The notes beneath the pieces were generated by a model. It was not told where the DNA came from and ran no database searches. It worked only from the letters and a program-made list of their open reading frames with translations. Position numbers and translations under genes: made by a program. From positions 13,231-77,230 of the forward strand of contig JACPLT010000001.1 of the NCBI GenBank assembly GCA_016186365.1: a DNA stretch of 64,000 nt, written 5' to 3'. The stretch comes from Candidatus Pacearchaeota archaeon. GTDB taxonomy: Archaea > Nanobdellota > Nanobdellia > Pacearchaeales > GW2011-AR1. Shown piece after piece: positions 57,724 through 64,000 of this stretch (position 1 is the stretch's first letter; the number at the start of each line of letters is the position of its first letter).

Positions 57724-59886
57724 ATGATAACAATCATGATATTGAGAAAAAAAAGAGGAATAAAAGGGAGTATCCCGTTATATTTGGTATTTATATTTGC
57801 TTCTTTATTTCTGCTGGTATTTTCTTTTATTATTTTGTCTGGAGTTAAAAGGGAGATTACTGGAAAAGCAATAGTATTCCCTAACTGTCCTGGAGTGGTT
57901 ATTCCGGATTGCGAGAGGGGAAAACTATTAAGCACTGGGACTAATTTTTCAAGCGGCTGTCCTTATTCTATTGTGTGCTGTGGGAATGGCCAGTGCGAAA
58001 CAGGAGAAACTTTGATTAATTGTGCTGCTGATTGTTCTGGAACAAATCCTCCCAGTTCGAATACGAATACTCTTTCAATTAGCTTAGTTTATCCGCCAAA
58101 TAATCAAAATTTTAGCTCTTTAACAAATTATAATTTTATGTTTCTTGCTTCTGATGGTTCTGGAATAAATAAGAATGTCAATTGCTCATTTTTTGTCAAG
58201 AGTATCTTTAACCAATCTGCTAGAATAAGCATTAATCCTGGAAGCAGGTTTAATGTTGGAACAGCCCTTGAGGGAAATGGGGTTTTTGGTTATGTTCTCC
58301 CCTCTTTTGGAAGTTATAACTGGCAGATTAAATGCAAAGATGATGCTGGAAATGAGGGAGTTTCTGAAACAAGAGCATTTTCGGTTGTTCAAGTATCAAA
58401 TGTAGATACAACTCCTCCCACAATTACATTAGTTTATCCTGCTGTAAATAACCAGACATTTTATTCAACAAGCAATAATTTTGCATTTAAGACAAGCGAT
58501 TTAATTTTTCCAACCGGTATTAGTTGTAATCTTTTTTTGGATAGCGGTCTTGTTAAATCTATGAATGTTAATAATTCGCAATTGGCTTATTCTCAGATTA
58601 ATACTTCTTTTGGGAGCCATAGCTGGCAGGTAAAATGCAGGAATAGTGCTAATAATGAGGGGGCTTCTCCTTTGATAAATTTTAATGTAGTTAATTATAG
58701 TCAGATATATAATCCAGGAGTTAATTGCCCCTCTGTAACTCCTCCCTCTTGTGTTAATGGAACTTTAATAAATATGACTGCTTCTTTTGGAGGATGCTTA
58801 TTAGGATATACTTGCTGTGGAAATGCTAATTGTGAATCTCCTTATGAAAGCCAAAGAAATTGTGCTGCTGATTGTTCTGGGCAGATAGCAACCCCTTCGG
58901 GTTATTTTGAGATTGTGTTGGGCGAGATTGAGGGAGAAAGTTTGAATTGGGCATTCAATCAACCCTTAAATTTTAGTGCTATGATTAACTCTACATTTCC
59001 TAGAAGTTCATTTTCCTGCGGTTTTTATGTGGATAATAATTTTTATAGAAATATAATCTTTCCTGATTCCGGGACTAAAGGAGGAATTATCAAAATACCT
59101 ATTGACAAATATGCCGGAACTCTTTCAGCAGGAATTCATACTGCTTATGCTAGATGCGGAATTCTTATTAGTGATTCCAGCGGACAGAGAATTGAAAAAA
59201 CCTCTCAAGTTTCTACATTTAGTGTAAATGGGGTGAGTGATACTCCTGGAGAAAGCAATAACAGCATTCCTCCTGCGGTTTTAATTGTCAGCCCTATAAA
59301 TGATACTTATCCCAGCTCTAGTGTGTTAGTGGATATCAGAGGGCAGAATTTAACTTCCCTTATTGTTTATGATGGTGCCAGCAATAATAGCTGTTCTAAT
59401 ATTTCTTCCTGCCAAATTAATGGGATATATCCTGAAGGAAGCTATCATATTATTTCTTATGGACAATCTCCAGTAGGAGTGATAGTTAAAGATTTATGGT
59501 TTAGTGTTAATTCTTCTTATGCCAACTCTTCTGTTTATTATGACCAAAATGAAACTTCCTTAATAAATAATGATACTATCGCTGGAAATCCTCAAACTAA
59601 TGAAAATACTGTCAACATTAATAGTGTTTCATCAAGCAATGTTACAACTAATATCACTGAAACTCTATCTGCAATATTGATTGGGGAAGATGGTGGAGGA
59701 TTATGGTGGGGAATTATTATATTTGTGATTTCATTAATAATTATTGTAGTAGGAACACTTATCACTTTATTATTGAACAAGCCAAAAGAAGAGAGTGAAA
59801 ACGAAGAGAATACAAGTTTAGTGAATGGAGAAATTGTTGAAACTAGCAATCCTGAAAATGGGACTCTATCTTCCTCTTCCGGCTAA
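57724..59886 (+). CDS. surface-anchored Cys-rich repeat protein (signal peptide, two C-rich modules each followed by beta-rich domains, C-terminal TM)
   Basis: Duplicated module CCGNGQCETGETLINCAADCSG / CCGNANCESPYESQRNCAADCSG. C-terminal TM GIIIFVISLIIIVVGTLITLL plus an acidic tail. Confidence 0.6.
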   Translation: MITIMILRKKRGIKGSIPLYLVFIFASLFLLVFSFIILSGVKREITGKAIVFPNCPGVVIPDCERGKLLSTGTNFSSGCPYSIVCCGNGQCETGETLINCAADCSGTNPPSSNTNTLSISLVYPPNNQNFSSLTNYNFMFLASDGSGINKNVNCSFFVKSIFNQSARISINPGSRFNVGTALEGNGVFGYVLPSFGSYNWQIKCKDDAGNEGVSETRAFSVVQVSNVDTTPPTITLVYPAVNNQTFYSTSNNFAFKTSDLIFPTGISCNLFLDSGLVKSMNVNNSQLAYSQINTSFGSHSWQVKCRNSANNEGASPLINFNVVNYSQIYNPGVNCPSVTPPSCVNGTLINMTASFGGCLLGYTCCGNANCESPYESQRNCAADCSGQIATPSGYFEIVLGEIEGESLNWAFNQPLNFSAMINSTFPRSSFSCGFYVDNNFYRNIIFPDSGTKGGIIKIPIDKYAGTLSAGIHTAYARCGILISDSSGQRIEKTSQVSTFSVNGVSDTPGESNNSIPPAVLIVSPINDTYPSSSVLVDIRGQNLTSLIVYDGASNNSCSNISSCQINGIYPEGSYHIISYGQSPVGVIVKDLWFSVNSSYANSSVYYDQNETSLINNDTIAGNPQTNENTVNINSVSSSNVTTNITETLSAILIGEDGGGLWWGIIIFVISLIIIVVGTLITLLLNKPKEESENEENTSLVNGEIVETSNPENGTLSSSSG

Positions 59887-60825
59887 TACAAAAGAAGCGA
59901 GAAGAGACTCGAGCTGAATAAATTCATCGCTTCCTTCAACAAGCCTGAATTCTATCTCGCCAGTTTTTTCTATTAGTTTTACTTTTAGTTCGGGTTCTAT
60001 ATTTAAGTTCCAGATTTCTTTTTGTATTGCCTTGATTATGTCCTGTCCAGAAATGCTCTCTTTTAACATTATATCCAGAAGCTTTTCTCTTGAATTGACA
60101 AAATCTCCGCTCAAGGCATATTCTAAAACTATCTTAATATCTGAAGGTTTTGCTGATGATACCACTGTAGTAATCAAGTCATAGGTTATTTTTGGGGATA
60201 TTGAAGAGGTAGCTTGCAAAAGGTTGATAACTCGTCTGCAGTCTCCTTCACTTGATTCATAAATTGCTTCTGCTGCTTTTTCTTCTATCTCGAGCTTTTC
60301 TGACTCTGCTATTCTTTTAATTATTTTTTCTATATCTTTTTTTTCTAATAACCTGAAGCGAAATATTGCGCATCTTGATTGAATGGGATCGATAATCTTG
60401 CTGGAATAGTTGCAGGAGAGAATAAATCTGCATGTTGAGGTGAAGTTTTCCATTGTTCTTCTTAATGCCTGCTGTGCCTCTCTTGTCAGGGCGTCAGCTT
60501 CGTCTAAAAATATTACTTTAAATGGAACTTTTCCAATAGCTTTGGTTCTTGCAAAATTCTTTACTTCCTGCCTGACTACATCTATTCCTCTTGCGTCTGA
60601 AGCGTTGAGTTCCAAATAATTTTCCTTCCAAGAGCTTCCAAATAATTCTTTTACTATAACGATAGCAAGGCTTGATTTTCCTGTTCCTGCAGGACCTGCA
60701 AATAATAAATGAGGGATGTTCATTGAATTAGTGAGCCCTTTCACTCTTTTTACAATGTCTTCCTGCCCAGTAATTTCATCGAAAGTATTTGGTCTGAATT
60801 TCTCAGTCCAGATTTCACTTGTCAT
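59866..60825 (-). CDS. rfcS: replication factor C, small subunit
   Basis: LLFAGPAGTGKSSLA, FLDEADALT, SCNYSSKIIDPIQSRC (SRC motif). Confidence 0.9.
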   Translation of the reverse strand: MTSEIWTEKFRPNTFDEITGQEDIVKRVKGLTNSMNIPHLLFAGPAGTGKSSLAIVIVKELFGSSWKENYLELNASDARGIDVVRQEVKNFARTKAIGKVPFKVIFLDEADALTREAQQALRRTMENFTSTCRFILSCNYSSKIIDPIQSRCAIFRFRLLEKKDIEKIIKRIAESEKLEIEEKAAEAIYESSEGDCRRVINLLQATSSISPKITYDLITTVVSSAKPSDIKIVLEYALSGDFVNSREKLLDIMLKESISGQDIIKAIQKEIWNLNIEPELKVKLIEKTGEIEFRLVEGSDEFIQLESLLASFVLAGRGR

Positions 60826-60988
60826 AATAATTGGGGTTAAATCTTTTTTATAAACATTTCTATAGTCTAAGCGCTAAATATTTAAATAGTTTTTAGTTCT
60901 TATCTTATTGTTAAGTAAACCTTGTAAATTAACATCCCGGGGATTGAATATTATTCACAGAGAATTTGATTTTTCTCCCTCATTATGT

Positions 60989-61025
60989 CAGAAATGCTAT
61001 TTGCCTCGTGCATTTCTGAGCACCC
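60989..61025. repeat. inverted-orientation member of the GTGCTCAGAAA hairpin repeat family
   Basis: cagaaatgc...gcatttctg inverted repeat followed by ctgagcaccc (reverse complement gggtgctcag). Confidence 0.35.
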
Positions 61026-61331
61026 TAAAAACTCACAATTCAATAGAGTTTTTTTGGTAGGGGAGAACAAATAAAATTTCTGCTATACTATTAATTTAAC
61101 GCTAGGCGGAGGATGTTAAGTTAGATTATAGACTTAACACTTATCTGTCAGAAAACATAGTTTTTGAATAATATACCTGTTTTTACTTCATTCGGCTTCT
61201 TTGCATTTTTCTTCTTCTTTTCTCTTCTTTAAGGCGTTTTCTCTGCCATTTCCATCTCATCTGCCTTTTCTTTTTCCATCGTCTGCTTGAGCGTTTCATG
61301 AATATTTGAGAAAAAAAGGATTTTTAAATTT

Positions 61332-62195
61332 ATGCTACCTGCATATTTCATGGAAAAACAGGCAAAAATAGGCAATTTGAAGCTAAAGAATCGGTATTTC
61401 TTAGCGCCGATGGCAGGAGTGAATGATATTGCATTTAGAGAGCTGTGCAGAAAATCAGGAGCAGGGTTAGTATATACTGGAATGATTAATCCTCTTTCTA
61501 AGGAAGAGATTCATTTAGAAGATAGACCTGTACTTCAAATTTTTTGCTCTAGTGAAAAAGGGCTGAAGGAGTTTGTGGAAAAATATAATGATAGGGTAAG
61601 CTTGTTTGACTTTAATCTAGGATGCCCTGCTAAAGTTGCAAGAGAGTGCGGGTTTGGAGTTTTTATGCATAATAAAATTGAAGCTGTTGAAAAAATATTA
61701 AAAATAATCAGGGAGAACAGCAAGGTTCCTTTTAGTATAAAAATTAGAAAGTCGAGAAATGCCATGAAGCTTGCAAAGCTTGCTGAAAAATATTGTGATG
61801 CTATTGCGATTCACCCCAGGACAGGAGAACAGGGATATTCTGGAGAGGCAGATATTAAATTTGCAGAAAAAATAAAGAGAAATATAAAAATTCCTGTTAT
61901 TTATTCAGGAGATGTTGATGAGCGCAATGCTGATGAACTGCTGAAAAAATTTGATTTTGTCATGATTGGAAGGAAAGCTTTAGGGAACCCCAACATATTT
62001 GCAAATTTGACTGGGAATAAAACAAATTTTACTTTTAGGGATTATATCGAAACAGCAAAAAAATATAAACTTAAATTTTCCCAGATAAAAATGCAGGCAA
62101 TGTATTTCACTAAGAATGTTTATGGAGCTGGAGAGATGAGAGAAAAGTTGATGAGGGCGAAGACGATTGAAGAAATTGGAAAAATTATGAGTTAG
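61332..62195 (+). CDS. dus: tRNA-dihydrouridine synthase
   Basis: FLAPMAGVNDIAFREL, LGCPAKV, and FMN-binding TIM-barrel motifs. Confidence 0.8.
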   Translation: MLPAYFMEKQAKIGNLKLKNRYFLAPMAGVNDIAFRELCRKSGAGLVYTGMINPLSKEEIHLEDRPVLQIFCSSEKGLKEFVEKYNDRVSLFDFNLGCPAKVARECGFGVFMHNKIEAVEKILKIIRENSKVPFSIKIRKSRNAMKLAKLAEKYCDAIAIHPRTGEQGYSGEADIKFAEKIKRNIKIPVIYSGDVDERNADELLKKFDFVMIGRKALGNPNIFANLTGNKTNFTFRDYIETAKKYKLKFSQIKMQAMYFTKNVYGAGEMREKLMRAKTIEEIGKIMS

Positions 62196-64000
62196 ATGAT
62201 CTGGATAGAGATTTTAACTGCAGCTCCCTTACTGTTTCTAATACTCGTGAATCTGGAGAGAGAATATAAACATGGTCATCTTTTGATCTTACTGCTCTGT
62301 AAATTCTCTGCAGGAATTCTCTGCTTGCTTTGTCTTTATAGAATTCCCAGAAATATTCAGGATGAGTTTTCTGCAGTATTTTCCAAAATGTTTCTGAAAT
62401 ATTAGGGTTGGGATATTTTGTGAAGATTATCGCCCTACAAATATCTCCAGGAAAATCCACTCCTCTTGAACATTTTGTTGTGAAAAGAGAGCTAGCAAGC
62501 TTTTTTTTGAATTTAGAGATGTTCTCTCCCACTTTATCCTGCTTTTGCATTTCTCTCAGCTTTTCTGACGAAAGAATATTTGTTATGCTAAATCTTTCTT
62601 TTTCTATTTCTGAAGGCAAGTCCTGAAAAGCGTTTACATGGACTAAAAATGGAGTTGGAGCTTTTTGAATCGCCAGAGAGAGGGAGTTAAGATAGTCTTC
62701 TCTTGAATGCTTGTTGGATGAAAAATTGGAATATTTGCAGTCAAATTCTTTTCCTGTTTTTATTATTTCTATATTTCCCTGATTTAATGCTTCTGCCTCT
62801 ACAATTTTATAATCTTTTATTCCAAAAATATTTCTTATCACATTTTCAGAATGCAGGGTTCCTGACATGAATACCAGCGCTTTATTTGAATCTATTAACT
62901 CTTTAACTTTTCCTGAAAGGTTAGTGCTTACAAGTTTTACTAAAAGATTTCCTTCGAATATTCTGTATGTCAGGTAAACATCGTCTAAGCTGGGAAAAGT
63001 TCTTGAGGCTTCTAAAGCTCTGTTTGAATAATTCAACTCGTCAATTGAAATTGCGGCTTCCAGTTCTTCATCTTTTCTCAATAACTCTAAAATGTCTTTT
63101 ATTTTCGTCTCTTTAATATGAAAGACTTTATTTTCATCTATGCCTGAAAACTTTTTATTTTTTTCTTCTGTGCTTATTATATCTGTTATCTGGAATATCG
63201 TTTCTTTTGATTCAATATTATCCACTGAAATAGCCCTTATTGATGATGCCAGCTTTGTTAAATTGATTTCATCCTGTTCAAATAAGCTGTCAAGAAAGTT
63301 GTCGGCTTCATCTATTATTTCTACATCTGTTTGAGGTTTTCTTCCGATTGCAAGCTCTGCCCTGTATTTTGCAGAGTTGAATATTATCACATCTGCATCC
63401 ATATATGCCAAATACTGATCATAATAAGAACATCCCGGCTTTCTGTGATAGAAAATATATTCTCTTCCCCCCACCCCTTTATATTTTATTTTTCTTGCAT
63501 CTTTTAAATTTGTTCTCTCGAAATCTGCAGGGAGTATGGGGCTCCAGTAAGGATTTGTCGGGGCGATTGATAATCTTCGGATATCTTTTAGTTCTGGCTC
63601 GCTTTTTGAATTTATTAATGGATTTTCTCTATAATAAGAAAGAAGCTTTGGATAATTTTTTTCTGCTATTTTTATATTTTCCGGAAGAAAGGGGTCTGAA
63701 CAGGGGACAGAGGGCCAGATAATTGAGTCGTGATTATCCCTTCCTGTTATCATCGCTATTTTCATTCTTTTTCCATCTGATTTTATTAAATATTTCTTTT
63801 GAGTATAGTCATCTTCATACTGCTTCTGGAGAGTTTTTACAGGAACTATGATTGAAGCTCTTCCTAATATTCTTGCAATGTTAAGGGCGACTGCAGATTT
63901 TCCTGTTCCGCATGCTCCGTGAAGAAAGATTATTTTATTCCCGGCTTTTATCAAATCTACTATTTCCTTTATTATATCTTCTTGAGTCTTTCCATTTGAA
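62185..64000 (-). CDS. SF2 helicase of the Rad3/XPD/DinG-like type, 5'-partial (frame open to the window edge)
   Basis: Walker A FLHGACGTGKS, DEAD-like IIDEADNF, C-terminal TTKCSRGVDFPGDICRAIIF. The upstream frame is open to position 64000, with TTG/Ile at 63954. Confidence 0.6.
   Translation of the reverse strand, partial: SNGKTQEDIIKEIVDLIKAGNKIIFLHGACGTGKSAVALNIARILGRASIIVPVKTLQKQYEDDYTQKKYLIKSDGKRMKIAMITGRDNHDSIIWPSVPCSDPFLPENIKIAEKNYPKLLSYYRENPLINSKSEPELKDIRRLSIAPTNPYWSPILPADFERTNLKDARKIKYKGVGGREYIFYHRKPGCSYYDQYLAYMDADVIIFNSAKYRAELAIGRKPQTDVEIIDEADNFLDSLFEQDEINLTKLASSIRAISVDNIESKETIFQITDIISTEEKNKKFSGIDENKVFHIKETKIKDILELLRKDEELEAAISIDELNYSNRALEASRTFPSLDDVYLTYRIFEGNLLVKLVSTNLSGKVKELIDSNKALVFMSGTLHSENVIRNIFGIKDYKIVEAEALNQGNIEIIKTGKEFDCKYSNFSSNKHSREDYLNSLSLAIQKAPTPFLVHVNAFQDLPSEIEKERFSITNILSSEKLREMQKQDKVGENISKFKKKLASSLFTTKCSRGVDFPGDICRAIIFTKYPNPNISETFWKILQKTHPEYFWEFYKDKASREFLQRIYRAVRSKDDHVYILSPDSRVLETVRELQLKSLSRSSNS

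Overview
AT-rich (roughly 30% GC) archaeal chromosomal segment. Archaeal hallmarks: TFS/RpoM zinc-ribbon factor, family-B DNA polymerase, FEN1, RFC small and large subunits, Sec11-type signal peptidase, MetAP2, and an intein-containing CDC48. The low GC and a 2406-aa surface protein are consistent with a DPANN-like or other small-genome archaeon, but the lineage cannot be fixed from sequence alone.

Core genes present: a minus-strand tRNA-Lys(CTT), polB, fen, rfcS, rfcL, a 5'-partial SF2 Rad3/DinG-like helicase, cdc48, tfs, signal peptidase, map, NOL1/NOP2/Sun methylase, Trm5/Taw2-like methylase, Dus and a NUDIX hydrolase.

Accessory and unusual content:
- A signal-transduction island of four stand-alone CheY-like receivers, three P-loop-degenerate KaiC-like pseudo-ATPases, a hemerythrin-KaiC fusion ATPase, HAMP and Cache/PAS sensors, and an SBP-histidine kinase-receiver operon.
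- An IS6-type insertion sequence whose inverted repeat now supplies the 3' end of a surface-protein gene, sitting next to the 2406-aa glycoprotein-like surface protein.
- Two inteins: a 496-aa LAGLIDADG intein in CDC48 domain D2 and a 143-aa mini-intein splitting the P-loop of a HerA/DUF87 ATPase.
- A variable island at about 43.1-50.9 kb with five paralogous signal-peptide/4-TM membrane proteins, two nucleotidyltransferase/HEPN-like pairs, a 20-bp x 7.5 tandem repeat and a truncated ATPase gene remnant.
- An interspersed hairpin-rich repeat family, with a roughly 95-bp direct repeat that encodes the C-terminus of the HerA-like gene.

No CRISPR array or rRNA gene was seen. All calls are from reading the sequence and motif recognition; no database search was run.
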